Positions 27,698-35,047 of a stretch of DNA of 36,928 nucleotides are shown here, one piece after another (within the stretch, counting starts at the first letter, position 1; the number at the start of each line of letters is the position of its first letter). The notes below the pieces were generated by a model. The model did not search any database and was not told where the DNA came from. It worked only from the letters and a program-made list of their open reading frames with translations. The translations under genes and the position numbers were made by a program. The DNA comes from a virus (lineage: Duplodnaviria; Heunggongvirae; Uroviricota; Caudoviricetes): the IMG/VR virus record IMGVR_UViG_2778261565_000018, positions 1 through 36,928 of that record. One strand, written 5' to 3'.

Positions 27698-30600
27698 ATG
27701 AGTGTGGCGACATTACGTGAACTGATTATTAAAATCTCGGCAAATTCCCGGTCATTCCAGTCAGAGATCTCCCGGGCTTCGCGTATGGGGCAGGATTACT
27801 ACCGTACCATGCAGAACGGAGGCCGACAGTCCGCTGCTGCATCCCGTGAAATGCGGCGTGCACTGGCAGAAGTGACGGATCAGATAAATACAGCTAAATC
27901 TTCGGCACTGAACATGGCGGGGGCATTTGCCGGGGCTTTTGCTACCGGTCATCTTATTTCTCTCGTCGATGAGTGGAATTCAGTAAATGCCCGTCTGAAG
28001 CAGGCCTCACAGTCCAGTGATGATTTTCAGTCATCACAGCGTGAATTAATGGCGATCAGCCAGAGAACGGGGACGGCGTTTTCTGATAACGCCAGCCTTT
28101 TTGCCCGTTCTGCAGCTTCCATGCGGGAGTATGGTTACAGTTCTGAGGAGGTACTGAAAGTCACCGAGGCGATCTCCACGGGCCTGAAATTATCCGGTGC
28201 CAGTACAGCAGAAGCCAGTTCGGTGATCACGCAGTTCAGTCAGGCACTGGCGCAGGGAGTGCTGCGCGGTGAAGAGTTTAACTCGGTGAATGAGAACGGC
28301 GATCGTGTTATTCGTGCGCTGGCTGCGGGAATGGGGGTTGCCCGTAAGGATCTGAAGGCCATGGCGGATAACGGAAAACTGACCGCCGATAAGGTTGTTC
28401 CTGCACTGATTAGTCAGCTTGGGGCGTTGCGTGATGAATATGCAGCAATGCCTGATACGGTTTCATCCTCTGCAACCAAAGTTGAAAACGCCTTTATGGC
28501 CTGGGTTGGTGGTGCGAACGAGGCAAGCGGAGTGACGAAGACGCTCTCCGGTGTGCTGAATGGTATTGCAGGCAATATTGACACCGTGGCAACCGCTGCT
28601 GGTGCTCTGGTTGCCGTCGGGGTAGCCCGATATTTTGGCAATATGGCGTCGTCTGCTGGATCTGCAACTGCCGGATTAATTACTGCAGCCAGAAACGAAG
28701 TGGCTCTTGCTGAAGTGCAACTTCGGGGGACACAGATAGCAACCGCCAGGGCGCGTGCGGCGGTTTATCGTGCGCAACAGGCGGTTGTTGCTGCTCGCGG
28801 TACCGAAAGGCAGGCCGCAGCAGAAGCGAAGCTGACAGCTGCCCAGGTGTCACTTACCCGTAATATTGCGGCCAGAACAGCGGCACAGACAACGCTGAAT
28901 AATGTTACGTCAGTGGGGAGTCGTTTATTAAGTGGCGCGCTGGGGCTGGTTGGTGGTGTGCCGGGACTCGTCATGCTGGGGGCTGCGGCCTGGTACACGA
29001 TGTATCAGAATCAGGAGCAGGCCAGAGAATCTGCACGACAGTATGCCGCAACAATCGACGAAATTCGCCAGAAAACGTCGGCAATGTCGCTTCCTGAAGC
29101 GTCAGATAATGAGGAAAAGACGCGACAGGCACTGAAGGAGCAAAACAGGTTAATTGACGAGCAGAAAAGTAAGATTAAATCCTTACAGGAAAAAATTGCT
29201 GGCTATCAGTATGTGCTGGCAAACCCGGGCTGGACAACCGATAACGGTTTTATGATTAACCACATGACGTCGGTAAAAACTGTCACAGAAGGGCTTGCAG
29301 AAGCAACAAATCAACTGGCAGTTGAACAGTCTCGCCTCACTCAAATGCAGGGCAAAGCGCAATCCATTCAGGATGTGCTTGCCGGGCTGGAGGAGCGACG
29401 GGTGGCGTTGATCCGTCAACAGGCAGCGGAACAAAACAAAGCGTATCAGTCCCTGTTGATCATGAATGGGCAGCATACCGAGTTTAATCGCCTTCTCGGG
29501 CTCGGTAATGAATTACTTCAGCAGCGACAGGGGCTGGTGAATGTACCGTTACGGCTACCACAGGCAACCCTGGATGATAAACAGCAGACCGCACTGAATA
29601 ACAGCGAGCGCGAACTGGCTCTGTCCCGCCTGAAGGGGGAAGCTCGTGAGCGTGCCCGCCTGGGTTATGCTGCGGATGATCTCGGCTTTGTGGGAGAGGC
29701 GTATCAGACAGCAAGACTGAATTATATAAATAACTCACTGGATGCATGGCGAAATAACCAGGCAAATAAACCCAAAGCGCATAAAAAGACCGAAGCGGAA
29801 AAAATAGAAGATACTTATAAGCAACTGATTAAACAGCAAAAAGAGCAAATAGCACTGGCAGGGCAGAATACTGAACTGGCTAAGATGAAATATCAGGTCA
29901 GCCAGGGCGAATTATCAACCCTGTCAGAAGCGCAGAAAAAAACGCTTTTGCAGAATGCAGCACTCATCGACCAGAAAAAGATTCGTGAGCAGCTTGCTGC
30001 GTATGAGAGCAGTCTGGCGGACAGTAATGCCAGTGTCAGAGCATCAAATGAGGCTCAGTTACTGGGATATGGTGAAGGCTCACGGATGCGTGAACGACTT
30101 CAGGAAATGTGGAGCATCCGGCAGGAGTTTGAGCAGAAAAATAACGAGCTACTGAGACAGTATCAGGCCGGAGAAATTGAAGAAGCCCTGTGGAAACAGG
30201 AAAAATCTCTGAATGAAAAATATCTGGAAGAGCGTCTCAGCGATCAGCAGGATTATTATGCAAAGGCTGATGCTTTACGCAGTAACTGGAATGCCGGACT
30301 CCAGGAGGGACTGACGAACTGGGCAGACAGTGCCACCGATTATGCTTCGCAGGCGGCAGATGCTGTCGTTTCCACTATGGACGGGCTGGTATCAAATATT
30401 TCCGATGCACTGGCCGGAAATGTTGTGGACTGGAGAAACTGGGGGAGTTCAATTCTCCAGGAAGTTTCAAAAATTCTGATGAACGCTGCCATCGTTAACG
30501 GGCTGAAGTCACTTTCCAAAAGCATGTCCGGTGCCGGAGGATGGCTTGGTACAGTCGGCGACTGGCTTTCCGGTGCAGTGGCAAACGCAAAAGGTGGTGT

Positions 30601-30943
30601 TTATACATCGGCAAATCTGAGTGCTTACAGTAACACCATTGTGGATACCCCGACGTATTTTGCTTTTGCGAAAGGTGCCGGGCTGATGGGCGAGGCCGGG
30701 CCTGAAGCAATCATGCCACTGACACGGGCAGCGGACGGCTCTCTTGGGGTCAGGGCCATTGGAAATGTGAATGGTGGCGGTGGATTTGTTTATTCTCCCG
30801 TGTATCACATCAGCATTCAGAATCAAGGGAGCAATGGCGAGATAGATGCGCGCTCAGCCAGGGGACTGGTGGATCTGATCGACAGCAGGGTTGTGTCAAT
30901 TATGCAGTCATCACGTCGGGACGGAGGATTATGCAGTGCCTGA
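27698..30943 (+). CDS. Tail tape measure protein, 1081 aa
   Basis: Very long, Ala/Gln-rich coiled-coil ORF after G/GT. Confidence 0.9.
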   Translation: MSVATLRELIIKISANSRSFQSEISRASRMGQDYYRTMQNGGRQSAAASREMRRALAEVTDQINTAKSSALNMAGAFAGAFATGHLISLVDEWNSVNARLKQASQSSDDFQSSQRELMAISQRTGTAFSDNASLFARSAASMREYGYSSEEVLKVTEAISTGLKLSGASTAEASSVITQFSQALAQGVLRGEEFNSVNENGDRVIRALAAGMGVARKDLKAMADNGKLTADKVVPALISQLGALRDEYAAMPDTVSSSATKVENAFMAWVGGANEASGVTKTLSGVLNGIAGNIDTVATAAGALVAVGVARYFGNMASSAGSATAGLITAARNEVALAEVQLRGTQIATARARAAVYRAQQAVVAARGTERQAAAEAKLTAAQVSLTRNIAARTAAQTTLNNVTSVGSRLLSGALGLVGGVPGLVMLGAAAWYTMYQNQEQARESARQYAATIDEIRQKTSAMSLPEASDNEEKTRQALKEQNRLIDEQKSKIKSLQEKIAGYQYVLANPGWTTDNGFMINHMTSVKTVTEGLAEATNQLAVEQSRLTQMQGKAQSIQDVLAGLEERRVALIRQQAAEQNKAYQSLLIMNGQHTEFNRLLGLGNELLQQRQGLVNVPLRLPQATLDDKQQTALNNSERELALSRLKGEARERARLGYAADDLGFVGEAYQTARLNYINNSLDAWRNNQANKPKAHKKTEAEKIEDTYKQLIKQQKEQIALAGQNTELAKMKYQVSQGELSTLSEAQKKTLLQNAALIDQKKIREQLAAYESSLADSNASVRASNEAQLLGYGEGSRMRERLQEMWSIRQEFEQKNNELLRQYQAGEIEEALWKQEKSLNEKYLEERLSDQQDYYAKADALRSNWNAGLQEGLTNWADSATDYASQAADAVVSTMDGLVSNISDALAGNVVDWRNWGSSILQEVSKILMNAAIVNGLKSLSKSMSGAGGWLGTVGDWLSGAVANAKGGVYTSANLSAYSNTIVDTPTYFAFAKGAGLMGEAGPEAIMPLTRAADGSLGVRAIGNVNGGGGFVYSPVYHISIQNQGSNGEIDARSARGLVDLIDSRVVSIMQSSRRDGGLCSA

Positions 30944-31277
30944 GTCTGAAGTTTTTAACTGGATCCCCCGCGAGGGGATGGAGACGACACGAAAGCCATC
31001 TGTTATTACGGTAAAGTTCGGTGACGGATATGAACAGCGACGGGCTGGTGGTCTGAATGCAGATCTGAAAACGTTTAAACCGGTATTTCGTGTCACGGAT
31101 GAATATTCCCGTGCCGCGCTGGACAGTTTTTTATCCCGTCATGCCGGGGTTCGTGCTTTTTTGTGGCGTCCGCCAAAACACAACAGGACTGTCCGGGTTG
31201 TCTGCAGGGAGTGGAGCATTTCGGATAATGCCATGTATACCGATTTTAACTGTACCTTTGAAGAGGTCACTCACTGA
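30936..31277 (+). CDS. M: Minor tail protein M (start ambiguous: GTG 30936 preferred, ATG 30975 alternative)
   Basis: FGDGYEQR and FLWRPP motifs as in lambda M; GGAGG 8 nt before GTG. Confidence 0.8.
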   Translation: MPESEVFNWIPREGMETTRKPSVITVKFGDGYEQRRAGGLNADLKTFKPVFRVTDEYSRAALDSFLSRHAGVRAFLWRPPKHNRTVRVVCREWSISDNAMYTDFNCTFEEVTH

Positions 31278-31975
31278 TGCAGGATATACAGCAGGAAACA
31301 CTCAATGAGTGCACTAAAACGGAGCAATCCGCGCTGGTCGTGCTCTGGGAAATTGATCTGACAGAGGTCGGCGGAGATCGTTATTTCTTCTGTAATGAGC
31401 AGAACGAAAAAGGTGAACCAGTCACCTGGCAGGGGCGGCAGTATCAGGCCTATCCCATTCAGGGAAGTGGATTTGAGATGAACGGCAAAGGAGCCAGTGC
31501 AAGGCCAACGCTGAAAGTCTCTAATCTGCACGGCATGGTCACCGGGATGGCGGAAGACCTGCAGAGTCTGGTCGGCGGAACGGTGGTCAGGCGTAAGGTT
31601 TACGCCCGTTTTCTGGATGTGGTGAACTTCGTCAACGGAAACAGCGAAGCCGATCCAGAGCAGGAGGTGATCAGCCGCTGGCGCATCGAGCAGTGCAGCG
31701 AACTGAGCGCGGTGAGTGCCTCTTTTGTACTGTCCACGCCGACTGAAACGGATGGCGCTGTTTTTCCGGGACGTATCATGCTGGCCAACACCTGCACCTG
31801 GACCTATCGCGGCGATGAGTGCGGTTATAGCGGTCCGGCGGTCGCGGATGAATATGACCAGCCGACGTCCGATATCACGAAGGATAAATGCAGCAAATGC
31901 CTGAGCGGCTGTAAGTTTCGCAATAACGTCGGCAACTTTGGCGGCTTCCTTTCCATTAACAAACTTTCGCAGTAA
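31277..31975 (+). CDS. L: Minor tail protein L, 232 aa
   Basis: Recognised as lambda L; C-terminal Cys cluster. Confidence 0.9.
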   Translation: MQDIQQETLNECTKTEQSALVVLWEIDLTEVGGDRYFFCNEQNEKGEPVTWQGRQYQAYPIQGSGFEMNGKGASARPTLKVSNLHGMVTGMAEDLQSLVGGTVVRRKVYARFLDVVNFVNGNSEADPEQEVISRWRIEQCSELSAVSASFVLSTPTETDGAVFPGRIMLANTCTWTYRGDECGYSGPAVADEYDQPTSDITKDKCSKCLSGCKFRNNVGNFGGFLSINKLSQ

Positions 31976-31984
31976 TGGATTATG

Positions 31985-32006
31985 CCCACCATCAGGTGGG
32001 TTTTTT
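31985..32006 (+). terminator. Intrinsic terminator after L
   Basis: CCCACC-atca-GGTGGG followed by T6. Confidence 0.6.
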
Positions 32007-32366
32007 GTTGTCATCACCAAGATATTTCTGCTTATATTCCTCTGAAAGAGGAATTGATCTTTCAACCATGCTAATAAGTTTATCTACTTGTTTTTTCTGT
32101 TTTTCTATGATTTCTAAAAGTTGAGGTATAAGTTTTTCATGCTCGCTTTTATCATATTTTCTGTTTATCGCATCTAGTTGTTCTTTAAACTGCTGAACGA
32201 TAGGACCATCCTCCGGCCCAAAATCACGACAAACACGAATCGCCAACTCAAGCAGAGTGACAATCTCAGCATTCATAGAACGATTATTTTGTTTTGATGA
32301 CGCTTCAATTATTTTTTTTAATTCAACAGGAAGCCTAATCCGAAGTTGAGGGTCTTCTCTACTCAT
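31992..32366 (-). CDS. Mnt-like ribbon-helix-helix repressor with C-terminal extension, 124 aa
   Basis: N terminus MSREDPQLRIRLPVELKKIIEASSKQNNRSMNAEIVTLL resembles P22 Mnt RHH; divergent from the arc/ant operon. Confidence 0.65.
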   Translation of the reverse strand: MSREDPQLRIRLPVELKKIIEASSKQNNRSMNAEIVTLLELAIRVCRDFGPEDGPIVQQFKEQLDAINRKYDKSEHEKLIPQLLEIIEKQKKQVDKLISMVERSIPLSEEYKQKYLGDDNKKPT

Positions 32367-32409
32367 ACCATTAGTCCAAACAGGAAAAATTCACAATAAG
32401 TAAATTATG

Positions 32410-32472
32410 CCCCACGGTGGGGTTGACTTCAATGACGCACGGTGTGACAATTTTGATTGCCCCACAGTGAGG
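32410..32472 (+). promoter_or_regulatory. Divergent promoter/operator region: palindrome CCCCACGGTGGGG (32410-32422), TTGACT -35 (32423-32428), second half-palindrome GCCCCACAGTGAGG (32459-32472)
   Basis: Perfect 13-bp palindrome next to a -35 hexamer; related copy 50 bp downstream near the arc-like gene RBS. Confidence 0.55.
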
Positions 32473-32489
32473 CTATTTAAGGAGTGGAG

Positions 32490-32657
32490 ATGGAAAAAGC
32501 AAAAGACATGTATCAACGCAAGGTTCGTTTCCCAGAGGATGTAAGGAAGGCGATTGAAAGAAATGGAGAAAAAGAGTGTCGACAGTTCAACACGGAACTT
32601 ATTTATCAATTGAGAAAAGTGTACGGACTGATTGGAGAGAAGAATGCTAGGACATAA
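32490..32657 (+). CDS. Arc-like ribbon-helix-helix repressor, 55 aa
   Basis: Hand-translated MEKAKDMYQRKVRFPEDVRKAIERNGEKECRQFNTELIYQLRKVYG resembles P22 Arc; AAGGAG RBS 5 nt before ATG. Confidence 0.65.
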   Translation: MEKAKDMYQRKVRFPEDVRKAIERNGEKECRQFNTELIYQLRKVYGLIGEKNART

Positions 32658-32726
32658 AAATAGCGAAGCCCGACAGTGCGCGAACACAAATCGGGCTTCT
32701 ATGTCAGTAACTTCCAAGGAACTAAC
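32655..32726 (-). ncRNA. Predicted Sar-like antisense RNA covering the ant RBS
   Basis: Minus-strand promoter TTGATA-17 bp-TATACT (plus-strand 32733-32761) with -10 overlapping the ant start; minus-strand terminator is the perfect 9-bp hairpin at 32665-32699 plus T-rich tail. Confidence 0.5.
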
Positions 32727-32729
32727 GAA

Positions 32730-33650
32730 ATGAGTATAGCAACAGCGGTATCTACTATCAACGTGCCATTCCACGGCGCAGAGCTTTATGTCGTCAATCA
32801 CAACGGCGAACCGTACACCCCAATGAAACCTATCGTTGAGGGAATGGGTATGGATTGGGCTTCACAGTTTACAAAGTTAAAACAAAGATTTGCTAAAGGT
32901 ATTGTGGAAATCGCAATACCTTCAGTTGGCGGTATGCAGACCATGATTTGCCTTGCTTTGCGTAAACTGAATGGTTGGCTCCAAACCATCAGTCCTAACA
33001 AAGTCCGCCCTGAAATCCGCGAGAAGGTAATCCAGTATCAGGAAGAGTGTGACGATGTGCTCTACGAGTACTGGACTAAAGGCCATGTGATTAACCCGCG
33101 CAAAGCTAAAAAGGCGTTGCCGGGTAAAATCACCACTGAACAGCAGGAAGCCATTAAACAACTCGTCATGAGTCGCGGTCAGTCTCTGCCAAAAGAAAAA
33201 CAGGCTAAGGCGATGATCACCATGTGGTCGTCACTGAAATCCCATTTTGGATGTTCGTACAAAGAAATTAGTGAGGAGCAGTTTACCGAAGCACTGTCAC
33301 TTGCTGCTCGCGTTCCGCTTGAAGGTGAGTTCATTGGCAAACAAGAGAAGAAAACCAACGAGCTTTCCGCAAAAGAAGCAAACAGCCTTGTATGGCTGTG
33401 GGATTATGCTAACCGCTCACAGGCATTATTCCGCGAATTGTATCCAGCGCTAAAGCAAATTCAATCGAACTATTCCGGCAGATGTTACGACTACGGCCAT
33501 GAGTTCTCGTATGTTATTGGAATGGCGAGAGACGTTTTAATCAATCACACACGAGATGTTGATATTAATGAGCCAGATGGACCAACGAATCTTTCCGCAT
33601 GGGTAAGGCTTAAGAGCAAAGAGTTGCCGCCTTCACTGCATCACTACTAA
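32730..33650 (+). CDS. ant: Antirepressor Ant (P22 Ant-like N-terminal domain), 306 aa
   Basis: N-terminal region (LYVVNHNGEPYTPMKPIVEGMGMDW) resembles P22-type antirepressor; AAGGA RBS; downstream of arc-like gene. Confidence 0.7.
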   Translation: MSIATAVSTINVPFHGAELYVVNHNGEPYTPMKPIVEGMGMDWASQFTKLKQRFAKGIVEIAIPSVGGMQTMICLALRKLNGWLQTISPNKVRPEIREKVIQYQEECDDVLYEYWTKGHVINPRKAKKALPGKITTEQQEAIKQLVMSRGQSLPKEKQAKAMITMWSSLKSHFGCSYKEISEEQFTEALSLAARVPLEGEFIGKQEKKTNELSAKEANSLVWLWDYANRSQALFRELYPALKQIQSNYSGRCYDYGHEFSYVIGMARDVLINHTRDVDINEPDGPTNLSAWVRLKSKELPPSLHHY

Positions 33651-33668
33651 CAGATTACCAACGAAATG

Positions 33669-33692
33669 ACCCAGCCTCGGCTGGGTTTTTTA
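33669..33692 (+). terminator. Intrinsic terminator after ant
   Basis: ACCCAGC-ctcg-GCTGGGT followed by T5. Confidence 0.6.
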
Positions 33693-33704
33693 TCAGGAGT
33701 TCTC

Positions 33705-34442
33705 ATGCTCTATAGCAATATATTGGCACACGCCCGGCGGTGTGCGCCTGCGGAGTCGTGCGGCTTCGTGGTGAGAACGCCGGAGGGGGAGCGGTATATC
33801 CCTTGTGTGAATATCTCTGCAGAGCCGGAGGCGTATTTTCGTATTGCACCGGAAGACTGGCTGCGGGCAGAGATGCAGGGGGAGATTGTGGCGCTGGTCC
33901 ACAGCCACCCCGGTGGTCTGCCCTGGCTGAGTGAGGCTGACAGGCGGCTGCAGGTGCAGAGCGATTTGCCTTGGTGGCTGGTCTGCCGGGGTGAGATTCA
34001 TAAATTCCGCTGTGTGCCGCATCTTACCGGGCGGCGCTTTGAGCACGGGGTGACGGACTGTTACACGCTGTTCCGGGATGCTTATCATCTGGCGGGGATT
34101 GAGATGCCGGATTTTCATCGCGGGGATGACTGGTGGCGTCACGGTCAGAATCTCTATCTGGATAATCTGGAGGCCACAGGGCTGTATCAGGTGCCGTTGT
34201 CAGCGGCGCAGCCGGGCGATGTGCTGCTGTGCTGTTTTGGTTCATCGGTGCCGAATCATGCCGCCATTTACTGTGGTGATGGCGAGCTGCTGCACCATAT
34301 TCCTGAACAACTGAGCAAACGAGAGAGGTATACCGACAAATGGCAGCGACGCACACACTCCCTCTGGCGTCACCGGGCATGGCACGCATCTGCCTTTACG
34401 GGGATTTGCAACGATTTGGCCGCCGCATCGACCTTCGTGTGA
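33705..34442 (+). CDS. K: Tail assembly protein K (MPN/JAB plus NlpC/P60-like)
   Basis: Recognised lambda K motifs (HARRCAP..ESCGF, HSHPGG, DCYTLFRDAY); start after AGGAG; the track start at 33666 lies inside the terminator. Confidence 0.85.
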   Translation: MLYSNILAHARRCAPAESCGFVVRTPEGERYIPCVNISAEPEAYFRIAPEDWLRAEMQGEIVALVHSHPGGLPWLSEADRRLQVQSDLPWWLVCRGEIHKFRCVPHLTGRRFEHGVTDCYTLFRDAYHLAGIEMPDFHRGDDWWRHGQNLYLDNLEATGLYQVPLSAAQPGDVLLCCFGSSVPNHAAIYCGDGELLHHIPEQLSKRERYTDKWQRRTHSLWRHRAWHASAFTGICNDLAAASTFV

Positions 34443-34987
34443 AAACGGGGGCCGAAGCCATCCGGGCGCTGGCCACACAGCTCCCGGCGTTTCGTCAGAA
34501 ACTGAATGACGGCTGGTATCAGGTGCGCATTGCCGGGCGTGATGCAGGTGAAACCGAATTATCTGCCCGTCTTAATGAGCCGCTGGCAAATGGTGCCGTG
34601 ATCCATATCGTGCCGCGTCTGGCGGGAGCTAAAAGTGGCGGTGTGTTTCAGGTGGTGCTGGGGGCGGCGTTGATTGCGGTGGCATGGTGGAACCCTGTGG
34701 GCTGGCTGGGTGCCGCGGCTGTATCGGGCATGTATGCGGCAGGGGCCAGTATGATCCTGGGCGGTGTGGCGCAGATGCTGGCACCGAAAGCCAGGACGTC
34801 CACGGCAGCCAGTACAGATAACGGCAAACAGAACACCTATTTTTCCTCACTGGATAACATGGTTGCTCAGGGCAATGTTTTGCCTGTTCTGTACGGTGAA
34901 ATGCGTGTGGGGTCGCGGGTAGTTTCTCAGGAGATCAGCACGGCAGACGAAGGGGACGGTGGTCAGGTTGTGGTGATTGGTCGCTGA
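34340..34987 (+). CDS. I: Tail assembly protein I, 215 aa
   Basis: Recognised as lambda I; overlaps K 3' end. Confidence 0.85.
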   Translation: MAATHTLPLASPGMARICLYGDLQRFGRRIDLRVKTGAEAIRALATQLPAFRQKLNDGWYQVRIAGRDAGETELSARLNEPLANGAVIHIVPRLAGAKSGGVFQVVLGAALIAVAWWNPVGWLGAAAVSGMYAAGASMILGGVAQMLAPKARTSTAASTDNGKQNTYFSSLDNMVAQGNVLPVLYGEMRVGSRVVSQEISTADEGDGGQVVVIGR

Positions 34988-35047
34988 TGCAAAATGTTTT
35001 ATGTGAAACCGCCTCCGGGCGGTTTTGTCGTTTATGGAGCATGACGA

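Noticed and set aside
27761-30826. Multiple short ORFs on both strands
   Set aside because: All fall inside the tape measure gene in other frames.
32665-32699. Perfect 9-bp hairpin as a plus-strand terminator between arc and ant
   Set aside because: No T-run follows on the plus strand; better explained as the minus-strand terminator of the predicted antisense RNA.
33666-33704. Upstream ATG start for K given by the ORF track
   Set aside because: That ATG lies inside the terminator hairpin after ant; the ATG at 33705 has an AGGAG RBS and matches the expected K N terminus.
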